Source: Candidatus Sulfotelmatobacter sp. (lineage in GTDB: Bacteria > Acidobacteriota > Terriglobia > Terriglobales > Acidobacteriaceae). From it: a stretch of DNA of 64,000 nt. Below, piece after piece: positions 1 through 9,748 of this stretch. The notes beneath the pieces were generated by a model, which searched no databases, had not been told where the DNA came from, and worked only from the letters and a program-made list of their open reading frames with translations. A program made the position numbers and the translations under genes. The DNA lies in the NCBI GenBank assembly GCA_036500765.1, contig DASYBM010000002.1, positions 226,874 through 290,873 on the forward strand, read 5' to 3'. Position 1 is the first letter of the stretch. Each line of letters begins with the position of its first letter.

Positions 1-191
1 ACAGCATCACCTCCGCCCTTCGCAAGGGCGATCGCGTGGCTCTGATAGGCTTCGGCACCTTCTCGGTATCGCAGAGAAAAGCGCGCAACGGCCGCAATCC
101 CCAAACTGGCGCCACGATCAAGATTGCTGCCCGCAAAGTCGCGAAGTTTAGTCCAGGAGCCGAACTCAAGAAGTCGGTGAACAAGAAGTAG
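1..191 (+). CDS. hup: HU/IHF-family nucleoid DNA-binding protein, C-terminal part (5' end lies outside the window)
   Basis: Frame-3 translation reads ...[67 protein letters not shown]...R.GRNP.TG is the HU beta-arm signature. Stop TAG at 189-191. Absent from the ORF track because the start is off-window. Confidence 0.85.
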   Translation, partial: SITSALRKGDRVALIGFGTFSVSQRKARNGRNPQTGATIKIAARKVAKFSPGAELKKSVNKK

Positions 192-246
192 GTGGCGGCA
201 GGTGTGCAGATCGTACGATTCAGATCGCACGATAGACGATCGCAGA

Positions 247-276
247 ACGGCAGGGGATCGGCCCTGCCGTTTTTTC
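247..276 (+). terminator. Rho-independent terminator after hup
   Basis: Perfect 9-bp stem acggcaggg (247-255) / ccctgccgt (262-270) with loop gatcgg, followed by a T5 run (271-275). Confidence 0.7.
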
Positions 277-279
277 TTT

Positions 280-2025
280 GTGATCGACTGGTTGTGCCGC
301 GCTCTAATCTCGGGTTTCCTGCTCCTCTCCTCGCCGCTATGGGCGCAAAGCCCCAAGGCGCCTGCGACATCCTCCGCGCCCATCGCCACATTCGTCGACA
401 TCGCCGAAGAAGCCGGACTCACGGCGCAGAACGTTTTTGGCGGTCTCGACACCAAGAAATACATTATTGAAACCACTGGAACTGGCGTCGCAATCTTCGA
501 CTACGACAATGACGGCTGGCCCGACATCCTGCTGGTGAATGGCACGCGACTTGGAGCAGCGAAGCTCGGAGGCTTTCCCGCTGGACAGAGTCCCACGAAT
601 CATCTCTATCGCAATAATCATGACGGAACTTTCAGCGATGTGACCGCCCAATCCGGTTTAGCCGGCAGCGGCTGGGGCCAGGGCGTGTGCGTCGGCGACT
701 ACGACAATGACGGGTGGGAGGATGTCTACATCACCTACTACGGCAAGAACCGCCTCTACCACAATCAGCATGGAGTGTTCACCGATGTTGCCGAGAAGTC
801 CGGAGTCGTGGGATCGGGCAAGGCGTGGGGAACGGGTTGTGCGTTTGTTGATTATGATCGCGATGGGCATCTTGACTTAATCGTCGCGAATTACGTGGAC
901 TTCGACCTGGCCACCGCGCCGGCGCCCGGAGAGCGCTCCACCTGCATCTGGAAGGGCGTTCCGGTAATGTGCGGCCCGCGCGGCCTGCCCGGCGGTAAAA
1001 ACATCCTCTACCACAACCGCGGCAACGGCACGTTTGAAGATGTCAGCGTCAAAGCCCGCATCGACCGCACTGACGGACACTATGCCTTTAGCGTTTCGAC
1101 GTTCGATTTCGACGAGGACGGATGGCCCGATATTTACATCGCCTGCGACAGCACCCCCAGCATTCTCTATCGCAACAATCACGACGGCACTTTTACTGAT
1201 TTGGCAGTCACGGCGGGCGCGGCATTCAATGAAGATGGCCGCGAACAGGCCGGCATGGGCTCGACAATTGGCGATTACAACGGCGACGGCCACCTCGACA
1301 TTTTCAAAACCAATTTTTCCGATGACACGTCGACCCTTTACAAGAACGGCGGCGACGGAACCTTCACGGACTCCACCGCTGCAGCGGGCCTGGGCCTCTA
1401 CACGCAATATCTGGGCTGGGGAACTATGTTTCTCGATTTCGACAACGATGGCTGGCCCGACTTGATTCTCGTAAACGGCCACGTCTATCCGGAAGTCGAC
1501 AGTCAGCACCTGGGCAGCAGCTATAAAGAGCCGCGCATTCTTTTTCACAACAATGGCGACGGTACTTTCACCGACATCTCTGCCGCGGCCGGAGCAGGAA
1601 TCACCGCGGTTGCTTCGTCCCGCGGCTTGGCGGTCGGCGATCTGTGGAACGACGGTCGAGAATCGGTCATCATCAGTAACATGAACGCCGTGCCTAGCTT
1701 ACTCGTCAATCACGTGCACAATGTGAATCACTGGGTGGCGATTCACACCGTGGGCACGAAATCGAATCGCGATGGCATCGGCGCTCGTATTCGCGTGAAA
1801 ACCGCAGCCCGCATCCTGGTCGATGAAGTGCGCAGCGGCTCGAGCTACATCTCGAACAGCGACATGCGCGTCCACTTTGGCTTGGGAAAGGCCGACAAGA
1901 TCGAATGGATTGAGATTCGCTGGCCCAGCGGATTGACCGAGCGATTCCCGAATCTTCCGGCAGATCAAATTTACACGCTCAAAGAAGGTTCGGGCACCGC
2001 CGAAGCGGAGACGAAGAAGCAATGA
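280..2025 (+). CDS. CRTAC1-family secreted protein (FG-GAP/VCBS repeats plus C-terminal ASPIC/UnbV domain)
   Basis: Repeated DYDNDGWxD / DYDRDGHLD / DFDNDGWPD calcium-binding FG-GAP motifs. C-terminus TKSNRDGIGARIRV...EVRSGSSYISNSDMRVHFGLG...IRWPSG is UnbV/ASPIC-like. The track start at 202 lies inside the hup terminator, so the in-frame GTG at 280 is preferred; it gives the signal peptide VIDWLCRALISGFLLLSSPLWAQS. Confidence 0.8.
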   Translation: MIDWLCRALISGFLLLSSPLWAQSPKAPATSSAPIATFVDIAEEAGLTAQNVFGGLDTKKYIIETTGTGVAIFDYDNDGWPDILLVNGTRLGAAKLGGFPAGQSPTNHLYRNNHDGTFSDVTAQSGLAGSGWGQGVCVGDYDNDGWEDVYITYYGKNRLYHNQHGVFTDVAEKSGVVGSGKAWGTGCAFVDYDRDGHLDLIVANYVDFDLATAPAPGERSTCIWKGVPVMCGPRGLPGGKNILYHNRGNGTFEDVSVKARIDRTDGHYAFSVSTFDFDEDGWPDIYIACDSTPSILYRNNHDGTFTDLAVTAGAAFNEDGREQAGMGSTIGDYNGDGHLDIFKTNFSDDTSTLYKNGGDGTFTDSTAAAGLGLYTQYLGWGTMFLDFDNDGWPDLILVNGHVYPEVDSQHLGSSYKEPRILFHNNGDGTFTDISAAAGAGITAVASSRGLAVGDLWNDGRESVIISNMNAVPSLLVNHVHNVNHWVAIHTVGTKSNRDGIGARIRVKTAARILVDEVRSGSSYISNSDMRVHFGLGKADKIEWIEIRWPSGLTERFPNLPADQIYTLKEGSGTAEAETKKQ

Positions 2026-3846
2026 CTACTTCTTGGCTTTAGGATCTTTCGTGAATTGCATGGTGCGTGTAATCCCCTCGCCTTCCTTTACGTAAATCAC
2101 CTGATTCACTTTGACGTCTTTGAGCACATCCACCCGCCCGCTCGGCCAGTGAACTTCGAGCGCATCAACCTTCTCAGCCTTCCCCAATCCGAAGTGAACC
2201 CGCAGATCATTCTGCGAGAAGTATCCGCCGCCACTGCGCACTTCGTCGATCTGCTGATGAGGTTTTGTTTCGCCGGCGACATGAGTCACGCATTTCAGAC
2301 GAGCGCCAATTCCGCTCCGATTCGATTTCGTTCCGATCGTGCGAATCTTGATCCAGTTGTGCTCGAGCTTTGTGTCGCAGCGCAGCAATTGCGGGTAGTC
2401 GTTTACGGTGTTGATAACGACATCGATGTCCCCATCATTGTCGAAATCGCCAAATGCCGCGCCCCGTGACGGACTCGGTTCAGAAATTCCCGGCCCGGCC
2501 TGCAAGGACACGTCTGCGAAATGGCCGTTGTGCAGATTCTGATAGAGCAACTTGCGCTGCGCGTAACCCGCCTCAGTTTTGAGTTGCTCGACTTCAGGAT
2601 ACACATGCCCGTTGCAGATCAGAATATCGGCCCAGCCATCGTTGTCCATATCAAAGAAACCGCATCCCCAGCCGAGATATTGCGTATGTGTGCCGAGTCC
2701 GGCGGTGAACGTTGCATCTTCGAAACTGGCGCCACCCACATTGTGATAAAGCGACGGCGTGTCGCCGGCGAAGTTGGTTTTGACCAGATCGAGATTCCCG
2801 TCAAGATCGTAGTCGGCGGCAGAAATACCCATACCGGCTTGCGGCTTGCCGTCGGGACTGAGTGCGCATCCGGCTTCAATGGCGATGTCCTGGAATTTCC
2901 CATTTTTCTTGTTTTGGTAAAGCGCACTCGCGGTCGAGTCGTTGGCCACATAAATATCGGGCCAACCGTCATTATCCAGGTCTGCCGTCAGCACGCCCAG
3001 GCCGTAGGTTCCATTCGCGTTCAGAATGCCTGCCGCTTCCGAGACATCGCTGAACGTTCCATCGCCGTTGTTGTGGTAAAGAATGTTCTTGCCGCCCTGG
3101 AGTCCGGGCGGTCCGCACGCCACCATCACGCTTTTATAGAGGCACGGACCCGACTCGGGCACGGGGGCCGTTGCCAAATCCAGGTCGATATAGTTCGCTA
3201 CGAACAGATCAAGCCGGCCATCGCGATCGTAATCGACGAAGGCGCAGCCCGTATTCCATCGCGTGCCTTTGCCCGCCACGCCGGCCTTCTGGCTGACATC
3301 GCTGAATGTGCCATCGCCATTGTTGTGATACAAAACGTTCTTTCCGAAGTAGGTGACAAATAGATCGTCCCAGCCATCATTGTCATAGTCGCCGATGCAA
3401 ACGCCTTGTCCCCAGCCAGAGTGCGCGACTCCGGCCTTCATGGTGACGTCGGTGAATGTCCCATCGCGATTGTTGCGAAACAAATGCGAAGTGGGTTCGG
3501 CACCAACCGGAAAACCCTCCAGCCGCGAGCCATTCACCAGAAAAATGTCGAGCCAGCCATCGTTATCGTAGTCGTAAAAAGCGACACCGCAGCCCGTGGT
3601 TTCCAGCAGGTATTTGTTTTTATGCTCACCGCCGAAAATCGTTTTGGCATTCAGTCCAGATTCGCGACCAACATTGACAAAGCTGATCCCGAGATCTTGC
3701 TCTTCTTTCATCGAAGCAGTCTTATCCTGCGCGGGCGCACCGGCGTGCAGCCAGCGCGGACGCGCCATCGCCAAGACGCTTTCCAGGGAAAGCACCAAGG
3801 CCGAACGGCTCAGAGATTTTAAAAAAATGCGACGTGAAGGGAACAA
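2026..3846 (-). CDS. CRTAC1-family secreted protein (FG-GAP/VCBS repeats plus ASPIC/UnbV), paralogue of 280-2025, Tat-like signal
   Basis: N-terminus MFPSRRIFLKSL...AMA is twin-arginine-like. It has the same DYDNDGW repeats and a TKSNRSGIGARLK...EVRSGGGYFSQNDLRVHFGLG...VHWPSG tail. By eye it is about 60% identical to the neighbouring gene. Confidence 0.8.
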   Translation of the reverse strand: MFPSRRIFLKSLSRSALVLSLESVLAMARPRWLHAGAPAQDKTASMKEEQDLGISFVNVGRESGLNAKTIFGGEHKNKYLLETTGCGVAFYDYDNDGWLDIFLVNGSRLEGFPVGAEPTSHLFRNNRDGTFTDVTMKAGVAHSGWGQGVCIGDYDNDGWDDLFVTYFGKNVLYHNNGDGTFSDVSQKAGVAGKGTRWNTGCAFVDYDRDGRLDLFVANYIDLDLATAPVPESGPCLYKSVMVACGPPGLQGGKNILYHNNGDGTFSDVSEAAGILNANGTYGLGVLTADLDNDGWPDIYVANDSTASALYQNKKNGKFQDIAIEAGCALSPDGKPQAGMGISAADYDLDGNLDLVKTNFAGDTPSLYHNVGGASFEDATFTAGLGTHTQYLGWGCGFFDMDNDGWADILICNGHVYPEVEQLKTEAGYAQRKLLYQNLHNGHFADVSLQAGPGISEPSPSRGAAFGDFDNDGDIDVVINTVNDYPQLLRCDTKLEHNWIKIRTIGTKSNRSGIGARLKCVTHVAGETKPHQQIDEVRSGGGYFSQNDLRVHFGLGKAEKVDALEVHWPSGRVDVLKDVKVNQVIYVKEGEGITRTMQFTKDPKAKK

Positions 3847-3965
3847 GAGGTCGCTACCTGCCCACTCGGCTCGTGCTAGAATTCGCCCCTACTTCTTATA
3901 TTCAGGGAACCGCGACTTTGCAAGCTCCGGCGAAGCCGAATCCCGCTTCGAAAGAGAAGGTCGCG

Positions 3966-6593
3966 ATGGATTCTCACCCAAGAAACATTCCGCGTTCCGC
4001 CTTGTCCGGCAAACTTTCGTCCAACAAGAGTTTGTTCGCAGGAATTTCATTTTCGAGCATTTCAAAGATCTCCATTTTGTTGCGAACTTGGCTGATCCTT
4101 GCCACTCTTTCGGCCGCCCAGTCCCCAACGCAAGAACTCGTGCGCACGGTTCGCTCCTGGGAGTTTCTTCCAGTGCTTGGCACTCGCGCAGGATTATTCG
4201 GCAGTGAAACGGGACAATTCGAAGCCTGGGTCTATCCCCTAAAGATTTTCCGTGACTTTCATCTGACCTTCCACGTTGGCGATCGCGCACTTCCAGCGGA
4301 GAGCCTGGCTCGGACGCTCACGGTCCGCCCCGAGTCGGCCTCGATCCTCTACGCCGGCGATTCCTTCCGTGTGCGCGAAACTCTGTGCGTTCCGGTGCAC
4401 GAGTCTGGGGCCGTCATCCTCCTCGATATCGAGACCGAGCAGCCGCTGGAGGTGGAAGCCGCATTCACCGCGGACTTCCAACTGGAATGGCCCGCGGCGC
4501 TGGGCGGAACGTATGTGAATTGGAATGCGAAGCAGCAAGCTTTCGTGTTCGGTGAAGAAGCGAAGAAGTTCTTCGCCCTGGTTGGCTCACCCACGGGCGG
4601 GAATGCGAGACTCGCCTATGAAACGAATTATTCTTCATCCGACCAGGACTCGCTGCGGCTCGGCGTCACGCAAAAAGGAAAAGACACAAAAGTATTGGTG
4701 ATCGCGGCCTCCGTTGGCGGCCGAGCGGATGCCGAGAAAACCTACCAGCAACTGTTGACTTCCTATGCCGACTTGGTGCGCCAGTCCGCGGAGTACTATC
4801 GCGCCTATCTCGACAATACCGTGAGCCTCGAACTACCCGATGATGCGTTGCAACAGGCCTACGACTGGGCACGGATCAGCACGATTCAAGGGATGGTGGC
4901 GAATCCTTATCTTGGGACTGGGCTCGTCGCGGGCTACCGAACCTCAGGAGCCGGACAGCGACCCGGCTTCGCGTGGTTCTTTGGACGAGATTCCCTATGG
5001 ACGTCGTTCGCCCTGAACGCCGAAGGAGATTATTCCAGCACTCGAACCGCGCTGGAGTTCATCAGCAAGTATCAGCGCGAAGACGGAAAAGTGCCGCATG
5101 AGATCTCGCAGAGCGCAAACCTGGTGCCGTGGTTCAAGGACTATCCTTACGCGTATGTTTCCGCCGATGCGACTCCGTTGTTCATCATCGCAATGAATGA
5201 CTATGCGTCGCAGAGCGGTGACGTTGCATTCGCACGCGACAAGTGGGACAACGTCTGGCGCGCGTACCAGTTTTTGCGTTCCACTTACGATGGGCAAGGC
5301 TTCGCCCAGAACGCGGGCGTTGGCCACGGGTGGGTCGAAGGCGGGCCGCTGCTTCCCGTCAAGAATGAGTATTATCAGGCCGGACTTGCCGTCGAAGCAT
5401 TGCGGGCGCTATCCAATTTAGCGCGCCTCGTCGGGAAGGACGACATCAGCAATCGGCTCGCCGCAGAGTTCGAGCATAGCAAGCCCGCGCTCGATGAAGC
5501 ATTCTGGTCCCCCGAGAAGAAGAGCTACGCATTCGCTTTGAAGCCCGACGATCAGCGCTCCGATGAAACCAGCGTGCTGGCGATGGTTCCGATGTGGTTT
5601 GGATTGGCCGAAGCCGACCGGGCGGACCAGACGATCACGCAACTCGCCCGGGAGGATCACCAGACGGACTGGGGCATGCGCATCATCTCGAAGCGGTCAA
5701 GCGTCTATAACGGATCGGGTTACCATTACGGCTCGGTGTGGCCACTGTTTACGGGATGGGCTTCGGTGGCCGAATACCGCTACCATCGCGCCTTCCCGGC
5801 ATATTCCAACCTGCGGTCCAACGCTCTGCTCGGTGTTGACGGCGCGCTCGGCCACTTCACCGAAGTGCTGTCGGGAGATTACTACCAGTCATTTTCAACG
5901 AGTTCGCCGCATCAGATCTGGTCCGCCGCAATGGTGATCAGTCCAATCTTGCGGGGCATGTTTGGCCTGCAGACCGACGCCGAGAAGCATGAGATTATCC
6001 TTGCTCCGCATGTGCCGTCCGACTGGACATCGTTCGCCATCCGCCATGTGCACGTCGGGAAGATCGGCGCTGACTTTCAATATCGCAAGACGGCTGATCG
6101 GGTGACCCTCGAGATCAAACGCACTGGGACAGGCGATTGTTGGGTGGAATTTTCTCCAGCGTTCAGTCTGCGCACGCAAGTTGTGAGCGTTCAGTTGAAC
6201 GGACGCCCTTTGCCCTTCAAGATGCTGCCCAACAAAAATGATGAGCACTTATCCCTTCGTTTTCCCATAAAGGATGGCTCCAATGAAGTGGCGATTCGAG
6301 TAAGAAACGACTTCGGATTGGCCTACTCGAACGAACTCCCGCACTTGGGGAGTGCGAGTCGCGGACTTCGAGTCCTCGCCGAATCCTGGAATGCATCGAA
6401 GACTGAGTTAACCGTGGAAGTCTCGGGAGTCGTGGGAAGCCGCTACGAGTTCGATGTTTGGAATCCAGCTCAGATCTCTTCTGTTCAAGGGGCGACCCTC
6501 ACCAAGAGTGGGAAGCTGGAAATCCAGATGCCGCAAGGCGCGTCGGAAACCTACTTGCAGCAAAGAGTCGTAATTCGGTTTGGGCGGGCTTAA
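3966..6593 (+). CDS. Six-hairpin glycoside hydrolase, amylo-alpha-1,6-glucosidase (GDE_C)-like; start uncertain
   Basis: Motif GYRTSGAGQRPGFAWFFGRDSLWTSFAL is typical of the GDE_C / debranching-like catalytic domain. The track start at 3834 would overlap the divergent gene start at 3846. The first internal ATG is at 3966. A hydrophobic stretch LLRTWLILATLSAAQS suggests an even later start and secretion. Confidence 0.55.
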   Translation: MDSHPRNIPRSALSGKLSSNKSLFAGISFSSISKISILLRTWLILATLSAAQSPTQELVRTVRSWEFLPVLGTRAGLFGSETGQFEAWVYPLKIFRDFHLTFHVGDRALPAESLARTLTVRPESASILYAGDSFRVRETLCVPVHESGAVILLDIETEQPLEVEAAFTADFQLEWPAALGGTYVNWNAKQQAFVFGEEAKKFFALVGSPTGGNARLAYETNYSSSDQDSLRLGVTQKGKDTKVLVIAASVGGRADAEKTYQQLLTSYADLVRQSAEYYRAYLDNTVSLELPDDALQQAYDWARISTIQGMVANPYLGTGLVAGYRTSGAGQRPGFAWFFGRDSLWTSFALNAEGDYSSTRTALEFISKYQREDGKVPHEISQSANLVPWFKDYPYAYVSADATPLFIIAMNDYASQSGDVAFARDKWDNVWRAYQFLRSTYDGQGFAQNAGVGHGWVEGGPLLPVKNEYYQAGLAVEALRALSNLARLVGKDDISNRLAAEFEHSKPALDEAFWSPEKKSYAFALKPDDQRSDETSVLAMVPMWFGLAEADRADQTITQLAREDHQTDWGMRIISKRSSVYNGSGYHYGSVWPLFTGWASVAEYRYHRAFPAYSNLRSNALLGVDGALGHFTEVLSGDYYQSFSTSSPHQIWSAAMVISPILRGMFGLQTDAEKHEIILAPHVPSDWTSFAIRHVHVGKIGADFQYRKTADRVTLEIKRTGTGDCWVEFSPAFSLRTQVVSVQLNGRPLPFKMLPNKNDEHLSLRFPIKDGSNEVAIRVRNDFGLAYSNELPHLGSASRGLRVLAESWNASKTELTVEVSGVVGSRYEFDVWNPAQISSVQGATLTKSGKLEIQMPQGASETYLQQRVVIRFGRA

Positions 6594-6672
6594 CCCAACC
6601 TCGCAGGCGTTCCAGGAAAGGATTACACTCTGCGCAACCCACTTCGTGATAACTCGCCCAAGGAGTCGCGGT

Positions 6673-8373
6673 ATGCAATCTAAGTCCTCATGGATTTTGG
6701 CTGGTTCTTTATTGTATCTCCCCTTGCTTGCGGTCTCGGCTCAGAATGCGGGCACCAAACCGGTCGACGCCGAAGGCCACCAGTGGTGGCAGCACGCCGT
6801 TTTTTATGAAATTTATCCGCGTAGCTTTGCGGATAGCAACAATGACGGCGTCGGCGACCTGAAAGGCATAACCTCCAGGCTAGATTATTTGAAGGATCTC
6901 GGCGTCGATGCAATTTGGATCACTCCCTGCTTTCCTTCGCCGCACATAGACTTCGGATACGACGTCTCTGACTACGAAGATATCGATCCCATGTATGGTT
7001 CGCTCTCGGATTTCGAAACGCTGGCCACTGAGGCCAAAAAGCACGGCATTCGTATCATCCTCGATTTCGTGGTGAATCACACGTCCGATCAGCACAAGTG
7101 GTTTCTGGATTCGAAATCATCGAAGACGTCGGAGCATCGCGACTGGTATATCTGGCGCGATGGCAAAACATCCGGGCAGCCGCCCAATAACTGGACTTCA
7201 ACATTCGGCGGTTCGGCATGGAAGTTCGATCCCACGACCAACCAGTACTACTACCATTACTTCTATGCCGAGCAGCCCGACCTGAACTGGCGCAACCCGG
7301 CAGTGAAGGATGCGATGTTTGATGTGACGCGTTGGTGGTACAAGCGCGGCGTCTCGGGCTTTCGTTTGGACGCCGTGGACACATTATTCGAAGATCCGAA
7401 TCTGCGCGACAACCCGGTTCTACCAGGCAAGAATGCATTCGGCGATCCCAAGCAGCAGGAGATTTACAACAAGAAACTTCCCGAGGTCCATGATGCACTG
7501 CGCGGATTGCGCAAAGTCGCGGATGAAAACAACGCAGTCCTCATTGGAGAAACCTGGACCGCCGACATTCACGAACTGAACAAATATTACGGCCAAGACA
7601 ACAATGAATTGCAGTTGCCCATGGACTTTCTTTTCACCAGAGTCGACAAACTTTCGCCCGCCGAATTCCGCAAGCAGATCGCTGAGATCGACGCTGCCTC
7701 CGGATGGCCGACGTTCGTCATCGGCAGCCACGACATTCCCCGCTCCTACGACCGTTATGGCGACGGCGCGCATAACGATCAGATTGCAAAGCTTATGGCT
7801 GGACTGTATCTCACGCTGCGCGGCACACCGATCATGTACTACGGAGAAGAGATTGGAATGAAGACGACTCCCCCGACCCGCAAGGAAGATGTGAAAGATC
7901 CGATTGGCCGCACGGGATGGCCCAAGGAAAAAGGGCGGGACGGCGAGCGCACACCGATGCAGTGGGACGGGAGTGAAAACGCCGGCTTCTCCCAGGCAAC
8001 CCCGTGGCTCCCCGTCCCGGCGACGGCCAGGACTCACAACGTAGCTGACGAGTCGAAAGATCCTGACTCGGTACTGAGCTTTTACAAAAACTTGATCAAA
8101 GTACGCCGTACAAATAGAGCGCTACTCGACGGGAGCTATACACCGCTTAACGAGAACGATCAGAATGTCCTGTCTTACTTGCGTTCGTATAAAGATCAAG
8201 TTGTCCTGGTCGCGCTGAACATGTCAGGAGCGGAGCGGAAGGTGAGTTTCGACATTAGCAAGAATGGATTCTCTTCGGCAAAGGCTCTTGTGGCAACGGG
8301 AAAGTCATCGGCCAAAGGCGATGTGGTGATCCTGGAACCTTACGGCGTTTTTATCGGCCAGCTCATAAAGTGA
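6673..8373 (+). CDS. GH13 alpha-glucosidase / oligo-1,6-glucosidase-like alpha-amylase family enzyme, secreted
   Basis: GH13 conserved regions are present: DAIWITPCFPSP..DFGYDVSDY, VNHTS, GFRLDAVD (nucleophile), GETW (acid/base) and GSHD. ATG at 6673 is preceded by aggag (6661-6665) and gives the signal peptide MQSKSSWILAGSLLYLPLLAVSAQ. The track start at 6580 overlaps the upstream gene. Confidence 0.85.
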   Translation: MQSKSSWILAGSLLYLPLLAVSAQNAGTKPVDAEGHQWWQHAVFYEIYPRSFADSNNDGVGDLKGITSRLDYLKDLGVDAIWITPCFPSPHIDFGYDVSDYEDIDPMYGSLSDFETLATEAKKHGIRIILDFVVNHTSDQHKWFLDSKSSKTSEHRDWYIWRDGKTSGQPPNNWTSTFGGSAWKFDPTTNQYYYHYFYAEQPDLNWRNPAVKDAMFDVTRWWYKRGVSGFRLDAVDTLFEDPNLRDNPVLPGKNAFGDPKQQEIYNKKLPEVHDALRGLRKVADENNAVLIGETWTADIHELNKYYGQDNNELQLPMDFLFTRVDKLSPAEFRKQIAEIDAASGWPTFVIGSHDIPRSYDRYGDGAHNDQIAKLMAGLYLTLRGTPIMYYGEEIGMKTTPPTRKEDVKDPIGRTGWPKEKGRDGERTPMQWDGSENAGFSQATPWLPVPATARTHNVADESKDPDSVLSFYKNLIKVRRTNRALLDGSYTPLNENDQNVLSYLRSYKDQVVLVALNMSGAERKVSFDISKNGFSSAKALVATGKSSAKGDVVILEPYGVFIGQLIK

Positions 8374-8422
8374 GTAAAATAGGCATTAGCCGTGAGGCCT
8401 TCGTTTCGACGACACGACGAGG

Positions 8423-8782
8423 ATGCACGAACTGTCCATTGCGATGAGCATTGTGGACGCAGCGCTCGAAGAGGCGCAGCGTCGCGGGATCCAGGTCAGT
8501 GCGGTGCATCTCAGGCTAGGCGCGCTTTCCGGCGTGGTCAAAGATGCGCTTTTGTTTTCCTATGAAGTGGCATGCCAGGATACGCCGCTGCAAGGGTCGC
8601 AATTGATCGTGGAAGATGTTCCGGTGATCGTGTTTTGCCTGCAATGCCAGAAGGAACAATTGCTGCAGTCGGTGCAGTTGTTTGCGTGTCCGGAGTGCGG
8701 CGCGCCGACCATGAATGTGCGCCAGGGCAAGGAGCTTGAAGTGTTTGCGCTGGAGGTCAAAGAAGAAGAGGTGCGGCGGTGA
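8423..8782 (+). CDS. hypA: Hydrogenase/urease nickel-insertion metallochaperone HypA
   Basis: N-terminal MHELSI nickel-binding motif and two CxxC zinc-knuckle pairs (CLQC...CPEC) in a 119-aa protein. Confidence 0.85.
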   Translation: MHELSIAMSIVDAALEEAQRRGIQVSAVHLRLGALSGVVKDALLFSYEVACQDTPLQGSQLIVEDVPVIVFCLQCQKEQLLQSVQLFACPECGAPTMNVRQGKELEVFALEVKEEEVRR

Positions 8783-9459
8783 GCGAGCCCCGTCTGGTAG
8801 AAGTGCGCCGGAATGTCTTAAAGCAGAACGACGTGATCGCGCGCGCGCTGCGCGAACAGTTCCGCGCAACAGGAGTATTCGTGGTAAGCCTGGTTTCAAG
8901 TCCGGGCTCGGGTAAGACTGCATTCCTCGAAAAGACGCTGACGCAAATGCAGCCTCGTTATCGCGTCGCGGCGCTGGTGGGAGATCTGGCGACAGAAAAT
9001 GATGCGACACGATTGGCGCGGAGCAAGGCTCCAGTCAAGCAGATTACGACCGGGACGCTTTGCCATCTGGAGGCGGCGATGGTGCAGAATGCGCTGGCTG
9101 ATTGGGATCTAAATAAACTGGATTTATTGTTTATCGAAAACGTCGGGAACCTGGTTTGCCCATCTTCCTATGATCTGGGGGAAAATCTTCGGCTAGTATT
9201 GATGTCGGTGACCGAGGGCGAAGATAAGCCGCTGAAGTATCCGACGATATTCAACAGCGCCGACGTCGCGATCATAACCAAGAACGAACTTGCAGCCGCG
9301 GTGGAGTTTGACTGGGAATCAGCTCGGAAGAGCATTCAGTCGGTGCGACCGGGAATGCAGATCTTCCGGCTATCGGCGAAAACCGGCGAAGGGATGGAAG
9401 AGTACTTCGACTTTCTCTCGCGGCAGTTTGCGGAGCAGAGGGCTGTCGCAAAGATTTAG
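8779..9459 (+). CDS. hypB: Nickel-dependent GTPase HypB
   Basis: P-loop SSPGSGKT, the CH metal-site motif (GTLCHLEAAMV) and ENVGNLVCP. The GTG start overlaps the hypA stop (GTGA). Confidence 0.85.
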   Translation: MSEPRLVEVRRNVLKQNDVIARALREQFRATGVFVVSLVSSPGSGKTAFLEKTLTQMQPRYRVAALVGDLATENDATRLARSKAPVKQITTGTLCHLEAAMVQNALADWDLNKLDLLFIENVGNLVCPSSYDLGENLRLVLMSVTEGEDKPLKYPTIFNSADVAIITKNELAAAVEFDWESARKSIQSVRPGMQIFRLSAKTGEGMEEYFDFLSRQFAEQRAVAKI

Positions 9460-9748
9460 ACTTTCGCTTCGCCCTACTCTTCCTCTTTCACATTCCGAGT
9501 CGCGGTTCGATAAATCGGAAGCCCTACTTGGCGACGGCATTGTTTTGCTTCTCCCCTAAGACAACAATTGCGGCGCGCACCACGGGCGGACTGAAGGCGA
9601 ATCGGCGTGCCCGTGGACTGATCGCGCAGATTGATGGCTGTGTCGTTCGGGCCGCGGCGAAGAAAAATGCGCGAAAGCGCGCTCCGGCGATGCTATGATG
9701 GCGCGTTCTTAAGATTCAGAGAGCCCCTGGAAGGCGGTTACCGCACTC

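Noticed and set aside
877-1548. 223-aa minus-strand ORF inside the first CRTAC1 gene, and the analogous 280-aa plus-strand ORF at 2521-3363 inside the second
   Set aside because: Both are antisense shadow frames of well-supported repeat-protein genes. Their composition is Val/Ala/Arg/Ile-rich with no motifs.
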